Shown here: piece after piece, positions 9,719 to 20,000 of the stretch | Numbering within the stretch: the stretch's first letter is position 1 | Layout of the letters: every line of letters begins with the position of its first letter | DNA from: Candidatus Latescibacterota bacterium | GTDB lineage: Bacteria; Latescibacterota; UBA2968; UBA8231 | DNA: 64,000 nt | Reading direction: 5' to 3' | NCBI GenBank assembly: GCA_965206595.1 | Contig: OZ242214.1 | Location: 5,056,001 to 5,120,000, forward strand | Made by a program: the position numbers and the translations under genes | Notes under the pieces: generated by a model | What the model saw: only the letters and a program-made list of their open reading frames with translations | What the model was told of the DNA's origin: nothing | Databases searched by the model: none

Positions 9719-10533
9719 TCTCCCTCGTCGTCCGGAGGCCCGGGGGCTTTTTGGCTCTCCGCAATCTGCAGGCGCTCGATGCCGCAGGCGCGGCCGTCGG
9801 CCTCATCGATGTCGATTACGGCGCCGCAGAAGACCGCCCTGCCTTCTGCTGGCTTGAAGCGTGTCGGCACCTGCTCGACGAAGCGTTTGACGGCGATTTC
9901 GGGTCGTGTACCGATCACCGAATCCTGGACCCCTGTCATCCCCGCGTCCGTGATGTAGGCTGTTCCTCCAGAGAGCACTCGTTCGTCTGCCGTCTGAACA
10001 TGAGTGTGGGTGCCGATTACAGCCGAGGCGATTCCGTCGAAATAGTGGCCGAGAGCGACCTTTTCCGCTGTCGCTTCGGCGTGAAAGTCGACGAACACTA
10101 CGGGGGTCTCTCTTTTCAACCGCTCGACTTCCGCCCGCCCGAGCACGAAGGGGCAGTTAATGGTGGGCATGAATGTCCGCCCCTGCAGATTGACGACGGC
10201 CACGGGCGTTCCGGACTTCGCGGTGACGATTGTCGACCCGGACCCCGGAGCCTCCCTGGGATAATTGAACGGCCTGAGCACCCTGTCCGACGTGGACAGA
10301 AAACGGGAAAATTCGGAACGGTTCCAGATGTGATTACCCGAGGTTATGACATCCACCCCGTAACTGTGCAGCTTGCGGGTGATGGTTTCGGTCATTCCGA
10401 ACCCGCCGGCGGCATTCTCGCCGTTGGCAATGCACAGATCGATTTCGCGCTCGCGCACAAGCCGGGGGATGACATCAGCCGCCACTCGTCTCCCGGGCAT
10501 GGCGTAGATGTCGGCTGCGAAAAGGATTCTCAA
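9715..10533 (-). CDS. ymdB: YmdB-family metallophosphoesterase
   Basis: NGENAAGGFG, TSGNH, DFHAEATAEK, GTHTHVQTAD; usual position downstream of rny. Confidence 0.93.
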   Translation of the reverse strand: MRILFAADIYAMPGRRVAADVIPRLVREREIDLCIANGENAAGGFGMTETITRKLHSYGVDVITSGNHIWNRSEFSRFLSTSDRVLRPFNYPREAPGSGSTIVTAKSGTPVAVVNLQGRTFMPTINCPFVLGRAEVERLKRETPVVFVDFHAEATAEKVALGHYFDGIASAVIGTHTHVQTADERVLSGGTAYITDAGMTGVQDSVIGTRPEIAVKRFVEQVPTRFKPAEGRAVFCGAVIDIDEADGRACGIERLQIAESQKAPGPPDDEGE

Positions 10534-10549
10534 TGCGGGGACGGCGGAG

Positions 10550-12112
10550 TCAGCGGGCGAAATGAACCGCGCGCACCTCTCGTATCAGGCAGACTTTGAT
10601 CTGGCCCGGCTGTCCGAGTTCTTCCTCGAGGGTCTCGGTGATCTCGTCGACCAACTGGTCGGCATAAGTATCGTCGACTGCGGCGCTGTCGACCAGAACC
10701 CGAACTTCTCTTCCGTTTTGAAGGGCATAGGCGGTTCTGACGCCGGGATTGGCGCTGGCGATCTCCTCGATCTCCCGCAGGCGTCGCACGTAATCCTCCG
10801 CCTTGTCCTTGCGGGCACCTGGCCGGCTGGTCGAAATCTCATCCGCTGCCTTGACGATTATAGCAATCGCAGAACGGGTAGGTATCTCGAGATCGTGAGT
10901 CTCGATTACCTCGACAACTTCCGGGCTTTCCCCGCACTTGCGTGCCAGGGCGCCGTTCGACTGGGCGCTGTCGGCGCCGACCTGGGAATCCAGCGCCTTG
11001 CCGATGTCGTGCAGAAGTCCGGCACGGCGCGCCAGGCTGGCGTCGATTTCGAGGCGCTCCGCCATGGTGCCTGCGAGCATGCCGACTTCCTGGCAATGAA
11101 CCAGTAGGTTCTGGCCGTAGCTGGAAAGGAATCTCAACTTGCCGAGAAGTTCGAGCAGCGGTTCGGCCATGTCGTGGATGCCGAGATCGAAGGCCGCTTT
11201 GGATCCCGACTCGCGAATCATCTCCTCTACGTCCTCGCGAGCTTTCTCGTACGCCTCCTCGATGCGCCCGGGGTGAATGCGGCCATCGAGGATGAGCTTT
11301 CCCAGAGTGTTCCTCGCCACCTCGCGGCGCAGCGGATCAAAACTGGAGAGCATAACGATTCCTGGCGTATCGTCGACGATGACCTCGACACCAGTGATCA
11401 TGTCGAAAGAGCGAATGTTTCGGCCGTCGCGACCGATGATGCGCCCCTTCATCTCTTCCGAGGGAAGGTTGACAACGGAGACCGTGCTCTCCCGCGCCAA
11501 CTCTCCCGCATAGCGCTGAATGGACCGAGAAATGATCTCCTTGGCTTCGCGATTCGCCATCGCCACGGCCTCGTCCTTGATCTCGCGAACCTTGCGCGCG
11601 GCGAACTGGCGCGCGCTGTCTTCCTCCTGCTCGATGAGCATGGTCCTGACTTCGGCTTGGCTCAGGCCCGCCAATTCTTCAAGAAGACGCCCCTGCTCGC
11701 TGACGCGTTCGTTTACTCTTTCTTCTTTCGCCTCGATATTTTCCTCGCGCCGCGACAGCTCCTTCTCTGTCTTCAGAAGACTCCGCTCCTTGCTTTCCAG
11801 CACGTCGACCTTGCGATCCAGCTGGCGTTCCCGCTCCAACAGGCCGGTCTCCAGTTCCCGCAGCGATCGTTTGGAGTTTTCGATTTCGCGCTCCATGGGC
11901 TCGCGCTCCCGCCGCCATTCGTCTTTGGCTTCGAGCGCTGCGGTTTTCTTCATCGACTCGACCTCTGCTCTCGCTTCCTCGACGATGCCCTGATCTCTTT
12001 CCTGGGCATCGGCGGCCCTTCCACGCCGCAGGCGACCATTTACAATCCACCCGATCACGGCACCGACCACCACCAATCCAAGAGCCGACACTATGGCGCC
12101 TGCCATAACCAT
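10550..12112 (-). CDS. rny: Ribonuclease Y
   Basis: N-terminal TM helix, coiled coil, KH domain (MKGRIIGRDGRNIR), HD domain (LLHDIGKA), SRPGAR; start chosen at MVMAG. Confidence 0.95.
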   Translation of the reverse strand: MVMAGAIVSALGLVVVGAVIGWIVNGRLRRGRAADAQERDQGIVEEARAEVESMKKTAALEAKDEWRREREPMEREIENSKRSLRELETGLLERERQLDRKVDVLESKERSLLKTEKELSRREENIEAKEERVNERVSEQGRLLEELAGLSQAEVRTMLIEQEEDSARQFAARKVREIKDEAVAMANREAKEIISRSIQRYAGELARESTVSVVNLPSEEMKGRIIGRDGRNIRSFDMITGVEVIVDDTPGIVMLSSFDPLRREVARNTLGKLILDGRIHPGRIEEAYEKAREDVEEMIRESGSKAAFDLGIHDMAEPLLELLGKLRFLSSYGQNLLVHCQEVGMLAGTMAERLEIDASLARRAGLLHDIGKALDSQVGADSAQSNGALARKCGESPEVVEVIETHDLEIPTRSAIAIIVKAADEISTSRPGARKDKAEDYVRRLREIEEIASANPGVRTAYALQNGREVRVLVDSAAVDDTYADQLVDEITETLEEELGQPGQIKVCLIREVRAVHFAR

Positions 12113-12123
12113 GTTCAAGGGAT

Positions 12124-12534
12124 CTATGAGTCTTCCCGGGCGGGATCCGCCTCGGCAGCGGGAGCATGCTGCCGGTCCCATCCAGCATCTGCTTGCCGTT
12201 CAACCACTGTATCGGAGGGCCAGCGAGGACCGACATCCTGCAACAGCTTGCCGAGACTCGAGGTCAGGCGAGAGGTGCGCATGGCTATATCGGCCTCCGT
12301 CGACTGGTAGCGCTGGCGGAGACCGAAAAGCTCGTCGATCAGCTCGAGGGAGGCGATAATCGCCGTATGCCAGGGGGTGCGGGAACCCTGGGCCGATTGC
12401 ACGCGCCGCAATCTCTCGTCGACCAGGGCAGCTATTTCCGCGATCTGCCGGGACGTCATGTCGTCGCTGCCGGCAAAGGTATACTTCCGGTCCAGAATGT
12501 CGACAACCACCCCGCCGCTGTGATCGCTATCCAT
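12124..12534 (-). CDS. zapA: Cell division protein ZapA
   Basis: V.ILDRKY...IAALVDERLR...TAIIASL.L.DEL pattern; pheT-zapB-zapA-rny synteny. Confidence 0.85.
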   Translation of the reverse strand: MDSDHSGGVVVDILDRKYTFAGSDDMTSRQIAEIAALVDERLRRVQSAQGSRTPWHTAIIASLELIDELFGLRQRYQSTEADIAMRTSRLTSSLGKLLQDVGPRWPSDTVVERQADAGWDRQHAPAAEADPAREDS

Positions 12535-12584
12535 CGATACTCCTCGGGGAAGGGGGCGTCACCTATTCCCAGAGAAAATTGGAT

Positions 12585-12863
12585 CTATTCCGCTGCCTCT
12601 GGATGCTCAACTGCAACCTGCTCGAGACGGGCAAGGATTTCCTGGATTTTCTCCCTTACCTGCTCGCGATCCACCGTCGCCTGGTGGTTCTCTTCATCGG
12701 ACTTCGCGAGCCGGGCCTTCAACTCTTCGATCTCGACCTTGAGCAATTCACCGGCTTCCACCTGCGCCCGAAGCGTCTCGTTTTCCTGCCGGAACTGCTC
12801 CAACACCCCGAGGAGGCGATCCACCTCACTTTCAAGGCGCCTGAAATTGCCATCTACTCCCAT
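12585..12863 (-). CDS. zapB: ZapB-like coiled-coil protein
   Basis: 92-aa heptad coiled coil ending REKIQEILARLE, upstream of zapA. Confidence 0.7.
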   Translation of the reverse strand: MGVDGNFRRLESEVDRLLGVLEQFRQENETLRAQVEAGELLKVEIEELKARLAKSDEENHQATVDREQVREKIQEILARLEQVAVEHPEAAE

Positions 12864-15265
12864 CCCGTTCGTTTCTCCTGTCTTGAACGCAACCTGACAC
12901 CGAAGGCTCCCCCCAACTGCACCAGCACCCGCGCGATGACCTCGTCCGCCTCTCGATCCTGCATGGTCCGCTCCGGGGAGCGTAAAAGCAGGTTGAAGGC
13001 AAGACTCTTTTCACCTGACGCTACCTGGTCGCCGGTGTAGACATCGAACAACTCGACGGATTCGATCAACTTCGGATCGACCTGCCGGACAGCCGCGATG
13101 ACATCCCCTGCCGGAACCGAGGCATCCAACACGATCGCCAGATCGCGTTCGATCGGGGGAAACTTCGGAGGCGGCTGAAAGGCAGCTTCGCGCGCCCTGC
13201 AAGCCGTCGCCAATACCTCGAAATCCAGTTCAAAAATATACACTGGTTCGGGCAGATCAAATGCTTCTCGAAGGTCGCGGCTGCACTCTCCGAAATTTCC
13301 CGCCGGCTCCCCGCCTATGGTCACTTCAGCACAATGTCCGACCCGCATCAGGGGATGCGCTCCGCTGTGAACCCCCGGGTCCAAATCCTCCGTTGCCGAC
13401 TCGATCAAACCTTTGAGGTCGAGAAAATCCACCTGCCGACGCTCACCCCGCCAAGAGGAACGCGTTCCAAGGCCGAACCACAGTCCCCCTAATCGCAGCC
13501 TTTCTGCATGCCGGGAACCGGCGTGATTATCGCCTTCCAAAAAACATTTTCCTAGCTCGAACATGCAAACAGTGTGAGCGCGATGGTTGAAATTGCGGCG
13601 CGCGACATCCGCGAGGCTGGGTATCAGGGAAGAACGCAACAGGTCGCTGGCGGTCGCCGGATTTGCCAGTACCGGTGCAGATGGCAACCGATCCCATGAG
13701 ATCCAACCGCCGTCAACGATGGTGCTGGTAACTACCTCGTCGGCCCCTGCCGCGGCCATTCGCTGACGGAACTCCTTTTGCATCTCGAAGTGGCTCATGA
13801 CCCCGCTTTCGAGCGGACCCTGAAGAGTACTGCTCGCTTCGATGCGGTCGTACCCGTAAATACGGCCTACCTCTTCAACCAGATCGACCTCGCGCTGCAG
13901 ATCGGGGCGAAAACCAGGGACCGTGACCTGCAAGGAGTCACCCTCAAGGTCGACGTCGCACCCCAGCAGTTCAAGAATTCGCCTGCATTCCCGCGCCTGC
14001 AATCGGGTGGACAACAGGGCATTCGCCCGCTTAGTGCGTAGCGGAATCCTTTGCCGCTGCAGGGGAAAGGGGTAGGCATCGATACGACCTGGAGCGACGC
14101 GGCCCCCCGTCAACTCGGCGAGCAAACCCGCAGCCCGGTCGCTTGCCACAGGCGGCAACTCCCAGTCGGTTCCGCGCTCGAAGCGTGCAGATGCCTCCGT
14201 GCTCAGGCCCAGCCGACGTGCGCCTGCTCGCACCTTTTCCGGCGAAAAATAGGCCGCCTCCAGAAGGATGTCGGTTGTCCGGCCGGTCACCTCCGTCGCC
14301 GCACCTCCCATGATGCCGGCGAGGGCGATCGGCCGCTGGCGGTCGGCAATAACCAACACGCTGCCATCGAGGTCGCCGTCGCTGCCGTCCAGCAACCACA
14401 GCCGCTCTCCGATGCACGCCCGGCGAACCACCACGGCCCCGGCGGGTATCGTCGCAAGGTCGAAAGCGTGAAGGGGTTGTCCAAGTTCGAGCATCGCGAA
14501 GTTGGTCACGTCAACGACGTTGTTGACAGGACGCATTCCCACCGCGTTCAGGCGGCGCTGCATCCACTCGGGAGAGGGGCCGATTTCAACACCGCGCACG
14601 ACCCGGCAAACGTAGCGCGGGCAGCCTTCCGCATCTTCGATCACGACGCTGGCCGAAGCTGTAATTGGATCTCCCGATTCGGTAGGAGCCTTTCCGGGCA
14701 ACCTGAGTTCGGCTCCGCTGAGAGCTCGTATCTCCCTTGCGATCCCGACGACGGAGAGGCAGTCGGGCCGGTTTGGGGTAACCTCGAATTCTACGACCAC
14801 ATCATCGAGTCCGACCGCCTCGGCGAACGGGGCTCCTATCCGGCAAACGTCCGAAAGCACGAGGATACCGTCGGCCTCGGTCCCGAGATCGAGCTCAACC
14901 TCCGAACAGATCATTCCCTCCGACTCCACTCCCCTGATGCGGGTTCGCTCTATAACAGTGCCGTCCGGAAGGGTGTGTCCCGCAAGGATCACCGCGACTT
15001 TCTGTCCAGGGGCGACGTTGGGAGCACCGCAGACTATGGTCGCTCGGGTGGCCTCGCCGATGTCAACCTGGCAGACGCTCAGCATGTCGGCCCGGGGGTG
15101 TCGAGAGCGGGAAGTTACATGTCCGACGACAACACCGGAGTAGCGCTCGCCGAGGTCTTCCAGGGATTCGGATTCCAGACCGGACATGGTGAGGCGCTTT
15201 TCGAGCTCGGCCGCGTCCCAGTCGAAGTCGATGTACTCCCGGAGCCAATTGAGGGTGACTTTCAA
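12854..15265 (-). CDS. pheT: Phenylalanine-tRNA ligase beta subunit
   Basis: IVCGAPNV, TPNRPDCLS, DLQREVDLVEEVGRIYGYD, KFPPIERDLA anticodon-binding domain. Confidence 0.97.
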   Translation of the reverse strand: MKVTLNWLREYIDFDWDAAELEKRLTMSGLESESLEDLGERYSGVVVGHVTSRSRHPRADMLSVCQVDIGEATRATIVCGAPNVAPGQKVAVILAGHTLPDGTVIERTRIRGVESEGMICSEVELDLGTEADGILVLSDVCRIGAPFAEAVGLDDVVVEFEVTPNRPDCLSVVGIAREIRALSGAELRLPGKAPTESGDPITASASVVIEDAEGCPRYVCRVVRGVEIGPSPEWMQRRLNAVGMRPVNNVVDVTNFAMLELGQPLHAFDLATIPAGAVVVRRACIGERLWLLDGSDGDLDGSVLVIADRQRPIALAGIMGGAATEVTGRTTDILLEAAYFSPEKVRAGARRLGLSTEASARFERGTDWELPPVASDRAAGLLAELTGGRVAPGRIDAYPFPLQRQRIPLRTKRANALLSTRLQARECRRILELLGCDVDLEGDSLQVTVPGFRPDLQREVDLVEEVGRIYGYDRIEASSTLQGPLESGVMSHFEMQKEFRQRMAAAGADEVVTSTIVDGGWISWDRLPSAPVLANPATASDLLRSSLIPSLADVARRNFNHRAHTVCMFELGKCFLEGDNHAGSRHAERLRLGGLWFGLGTRSSWRGERRQVDFLDLKGLIESATEDLDPGVHSGAHPLMRVGHCAEVTIGGEPAGNFGECSRDLREAFDLPEPVYIFELDFEVLATACRAREAAFQPPPKFPPIERDLAIVLDASVPAGDVIAAVRQVDPKLIESVELFDVYTGDQVASGEKSLAFNLLLRSPERTMQDREADEVIARVLVQLGGAFGVRLRSRQEKRTGWE

Positions 15266-15317
15266 AACTCAGCTCGCAGTCGCAGTCGCGCATGGCGACC
15301 GCCGGAAACAAAACCTT

Positions 15318-16331
15318 TCAGGACTGGCGCGTGAACCGCAGGTCGTTTTCGAGAAACAGGCGGATATCCCCGATGCCGCGGCGAATCATCTCGATGCGCT
15401 CGAAACCGAGCCCAAAAGCGAACCCGGTGTATACCTCAGGGTCATATCCAACAGCCTCGAACACGTTTGGATCGACCATGCCGGCTCCGCCGATTTCGAT
15501 CCAGCCGGTACCTTTGCAAACGCGGCAGGTGCGCTGCTCCCCCCCGCACAAACTGCAGGAGAAATCGCACTCGACGCTAGGTTCGGTAAAGGGGAAGAAG
15601 TGGGGCCTCAGCCTGGTCTGGATGCCCTCTCCCAAAATGCCGCGACCGATCGCCGTCAAGGTGCCCTTCAAGTCGGCCATTGAGACCCCCTTGTCGACGT
15701 ATAGCCCCTCGATCTGGTGGAACACCATGTGGTGGGTGGCGTCGATGCTGTCGCGCCGGTAGCAGCGGCCCGGACAGACGATTCGGACCGGGGGACTCAT
15801 CTGCTCCATGACCCGTATCTGCACGGTCGAGGTCTGTGTTCTGAGCAGATCGCCGTTCTTGAGGTAGATAGTAGCATGAAGGTCCCGGGCGGGGTGATTC
15901 GCCGGGGTGTTGAGGGCGTCGAAGTTGTGGTACTCATCCTCGATTTCGGGACCTTCGGCGATGGCGAATCCCATATCCCGAAGAATGCCGATTACCTCGT
16001 CGGCGACGCGGGTCAGCGGATGCAGTTTGCCGGTTGCCGGCCGCCTGCCTGGGAGCGTAACATCGACGCCTTCAGCCGCGTCGCTTTCCTCTTCGAGCTG
16101 GCGCTGCCGCGATTCCAAGGCTTGTTCGATCGCGGACCGAAGCTCACCGCTGGCCTGTCCGACGGCGGGTCGTTGATCTGCAGGCAGGGATCCGATGCTG
16201 CTCATGATCTCGCGCATTCGGCTCCTGCGGCCCGTGAGCTGAACCCGGACCTCCTCAAGGGCATTGACGTCCCTCGCCGAGGCGATCACCTCTTCAGCAT
16301 GCGCTTTCAGTATCTCGATCTCATTCAGCAT
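15318..16331 (-). CDS. pheS: Phenylalanine-tRNA ligase alpha subunit
   Basis: NFDALNTPANHPARD, LLRTQTS, FPFTEPS, GFAFGLG; ATG at 16331 with GGAG RBS. Confidence 0.97.
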   Translation of the reverse strand: MLNEIEILKAHAEEVIASARDVNALEEVRVQLTGRRSRMREIMSSIGSLPADQRPAVGQASGELRSAIEQALESRQRQLEEESDAAEGVDVTLPGRRPATGKLHPLTRVADEVIGILRDMGFAIAEGPEIEDEYHNFDALNTPANHPARDLHATIYLKNGDLLRTQTSTVQIRVMEQMSPPVRIVCPGRCYRRDSIDATHHMVFHQIEGLYVDKGVSMADLKGTLTAIGRGILGEGIQTRLRPHFFPFTEPSVECDFSCSLCGGEQRTCRVCKGTGWIEIGGAGMVDPNVFEAVGYDPEVYTGFAFGLGFERIEMIRRGIGDIRLFLENDLRFTRQS

Positions 16332-16462
16332 TGCCTGACTCCACCGCGGCGCACCAGCGGCTACATCACCGGAAACACCATCGGCTCGGTCGGAATGATT
16401 GTAATCCGCGGAACGTCGCGAGTCGCTAGGGGCTCGGAGTCGACGCCCCACAGGATCGCGAC

Positions 16463-16816
16463 CTACAGGTGTGACTTGGCCTCTTCGACGATCGACGCAA
16501 ATGCGCCAGGATCGCGAACGGCCAGATCAGCGAGGATTTTGCGGTTTACGGCGATGTCGGCCCGGGAAAGGCCGTTCATCAATTGACTGTAAGAAAGTCC
16601 ATGAAGACGCGCAGCGGCATTGATACGGGTTATCCAAAGACGGCGGAAATCGCGCTTGCGATTGCGCCGATCGCGGTAGGCGTATGCCTGGGCGCGATTC
16701 ACCGCCTCTCTGGCAGTTCTGAACAGACGTCCGCGGGCTCCGAAGTACCCCCTGGCCAGTTTCAGGACCTTTTTCCGGCGCCGTCTCGAAGCGACGCTGT
16801 TCTTAGCGCGGGGCAT
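16463..16816 (-). CDS. rplT: 50S ribosomal protein L20
   Basis: [23 protein letters not shown]. Confidence 0.98.
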   Translation of the reverse strand: MPRAKNSVASRRRRKKVLKLARGYFGARGRLFRTAREAVNRAQAYAYRDRRNRKRDFRRLWITRINAAARLHGLSYSQLMNGLSRADIAVNRKILADLAVRDPGAFASIVEEAKSHL

Positions 16817-16819
16817 AAG

Positions 16820-17017
16820 CTACTTCATCCCCAAGGAACGCCTGACGTTGACGCTGTCGGCAGCGGAGACTGGGAAGTTCTGTCGCAATTCCCGTTTTCG
16901 CTTCGTGGATCGCTTGCGCAGCATATGGGTGCCATATGCCTTCTGTCGCTTCAGATTGGAACCACCGCGCCTTTTGAAGCGCTTGGCGGAAGATCTGTGT
17001 GTCTTGAGCTTGGGCAT
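16820..17017 (-). CDS. rpmI: 50S ribosomal protein L35
   Basis: MPKLKTHRSSAKRFK. Confidence 0.97.
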   Translation of the reverse strand: MPKLKTHRSSAKRFKRRGGSNLKRQKAYGTHMLRKRSTKRKRELRQNFPVSAADSVNVRRSLGMK

Positions 17018-17050
17018 TTTCCAGAGTTCGTCGCTATAGGGGAATTTCCA

Positions 17051-17079
17051 AATATAGACGGCCTGCTCCCACCCGGCAA
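17051..17079 (-). promoter_or_regulatory. sigma70-type promoter for rpmI-rplT-pheST
   Basis: Minus strand TTGCCG-N17-TATATT, 33 bp upstream of the rpmI ATG. Confidence 0.6.
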
Positions 17080-17090
17080 GAACGCCGGGG

Positions 17091-20000
17091 CTACTTCAGC
17101 AGCGTGACCTTGTGCATTCGGTCAAAGCCGGCGATCTGGACCCGGATCACGTACACACCTGAAGCTACCTCCAAACCCGATTCGTCTCTGCCGTCCCACC
17201 TCCACTGGTGGAATCCCCGGGACAGCTGCTGCTCGTAAACCCGAACGACGCGGCCCAGAAGGTCGATTACCCGCACCTGCACCCGCTCGCTTTCGGGAAG
17301 GAAGAAGGAAATCGCCGTATCCGGATTGAACGGATTCGGATACGGTGCATCGAGGACGATTTCGGTAGGAAGCGGGGACACTGCCACGGGCGCCGCCGGG
17401 GCAGTCGCAATCACGTGGCGGATCTCATTACCGACGTAGGATAACACCGAGCCAACACGAATCTCACTCTCCTGGGAAAGCAGCCGCCGGAACAGTAACG
17501 CCCCCGCGTCGGCGTTTGCGAACGGAGAGTGTCTCCCGCTGAGAGCAACCGCCACTGTGGTTGCTCCATTGCCGCCGGGCTGCATCCAGACCAGGGGTCC
17601 TGCCTGGTCCGGGGGAACGTACTCGGCGAACTGGAGAACCAGGGGGTCGTATTCCAGCCAGGCCACGAAGCCGCGAAGATGATCCTCGCCAGTCCAGCGC
17701 AGAGCGAGTTCGACAACTTCGGAATCGCGGGGCCGCGGCTCTAAGCTCGCCTGCAGACCAAGCGCATCGGCTTGCGATACATCAGCGACCGGTTTGGCCG
17801 ATGCTCCAAAGTGATCGGCAAACACGAAGAAGTCGTCCAACCCGATCCCCCCATCTCCGTTGAGATCGAAACCGGAATCGAAATCGGGTTCCCCTTCGCG
17901 GCTCCCGAAATGATCGGCAAACAGGAAAAAATCGTTGAAGTCGGTGTCCCCATCGCGATCGAAGTCACCGGCCAGAACTGCGCCGATGTCCACCTGCACG
18001 ATCAGAGCCGGTGCCAGGATGTCGTTGGCGGTCTGTCCTTCAGTCATCAGTTCGACCTCCCGCAGCTCCACAGCCGTATCGAGCCCTGGTGCGATAGTGG
18101 ACCTTACGGAGAAAATGGCGCGTCCGAGAAATCCATCTCCGCCAGCAGGCCGCACCAGAGGATCGGCGGCCACCTGAATCAGGACCTGGCCGGGGGATGG
18201 CGCCGATGCTGCAGGCAGGACGGAGTTGCCCGCGGCGGCGAGCAGACTCGCCCCGGATACGTCGAACCCGACGAACTCCAGGACTTCGGGGTCGAATACC
18301 AGAAGCAGCGAATAGGATATCACCCTCACCGCCTCGAAAGCATACATCTCGAGCGCCAACCGGTCTCCCGCTTTCAGCGAGACAGCATCGACGCCCTGGT
18401 TCCCTGCTGAACTGTCGGCGTCGACGGCGACAGTCGTCGGCACGATTCCGGTACCGGAAACCGCAACTGAGACTTCGGCCTGGTCGCTGTCGCTGGTAGC
18501 GAAGGCGATGGTGCTCCCCGCGGCCCCACGCATCGCGGGGATAAACCGCAATTCGAGGGTCGTCGAGTCATCGACAGCGACTCTGCTCGATCCGAAAACT
18601 GCGGAGAACGCGAGATCGCCCACATGCAGTTGACTGATTTCAAGGTCGGCGTGGCCCTTGTTGACGATGTCGATAACCACCGATCCGGTATCGCCGATTG
18701 CCACCCTGCCGAAATCGACGGCTTCGGCGATGGATCGCAGGCGCGCCATTCGACGCCCATCGACCAGCCAGACGCTCGTCGTCGTATCCTGCAGATCGGC
18801 GACCAGCACGGCGACCGTATCGACGCTCGCCACGTCAGGGATGTAGGAGAAGGCGGAGTCGGCTTCCCCAGCCTGCTCAGTACTGTCGATATACCAAGTG
18901 AAACTGATTGTATCTCCCTCTTCGTCCGACGCTCTGACCATCAGAGTCACTTCGGTTTCCGGCTCGAAGAATACCGTACTGTCGGCGGGAATACGCACGA
19001 TTGCGGGCGCATCGTTGACGGCTTCCACTTCGAGAGTAAAGCTCTGCACCGCCGTTTGACCTGCGGGGTCGGAGGCATTGAGAGTTATCGGCACCTCTCC
19101 GGTATCAGCTGCCGCCGGCGTCCACTCTACGAGGCCGGTGGGGCTTATCGACATCTGCTCCGGACCTGTGGCAACCTCATAGGACAGCTTTTCCCCCTCT
19201 TCGTCGACGGCTAGCAGTTCGTACCTGTACAGAGTGTCCTCGAGTGCGGTCGTCTCCGGAGTTCCGGAGATCACCGGCGGATCGTCGACTTCGACCACCG
19301 TAATCTCGAATCGCGACTTGTCGGCTGCCCCCGCCAAGTCCACTACCTGGACCGCCACGGGATTGACACCGACATCCTCCTGCAAAGGTGTCCACGACAG
19401 GATGCCGAGGGTGTCGACCGCTGCCATGTCGGGTGCGGTCGTGAGGGCATAGCTGAGGGAATCGGCCGGATCGACATCGGACCCGAAGCCGACGAGCGCC
19501 AGCCGGAACTCCACATCCTCGAAAATCGAGGTGTCCGGCAGGGCGGAAAGCACCGGCGGGTCGTTGGTGTTCATCACACGCAGCGTGAAAGGATGAGGAC
19601 TGCTGGCGCCTTCGCTGTCGGTAACCCTTACTTCGACCGCTGCCGTGCCGACGTTTTCCTGGGCCGGCGTCCATTGCAAAACGCCGAGCTCGTCGAGCAC
19701 CATTCCGGAAGGCCCACTGACAAGTGTGAAAGTGATGACATCTCCATCCTGATCTTCCGCTTCAATCCTGTAGGACAGCAGTGAATCCTCGAACACCTGC
19801 GTCGGCGGAGTACTGACAACGAACGGCGGCTCGTTGTCGGATTTTACCCGCAGCGGAAAGATGTGGAACCCGTGGCCGGTATGGCTGTATACCTGTGCTT
19901 CGACGAGATACTTTCCGGTGTCCGCTGCGACAGGTGTCCAGGAGTGGGGAGGCAAGCCGGATATCTTCGTCAATTCCGCCGGTCCCCGGTGAAAATCGAC

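Noticed and set aside
12113-12240. 6S RNA often found downstream of zapA
   Set aside because: The zapA frame runs to within 11 bp of the rny start and I could not see the long 6S hairpin
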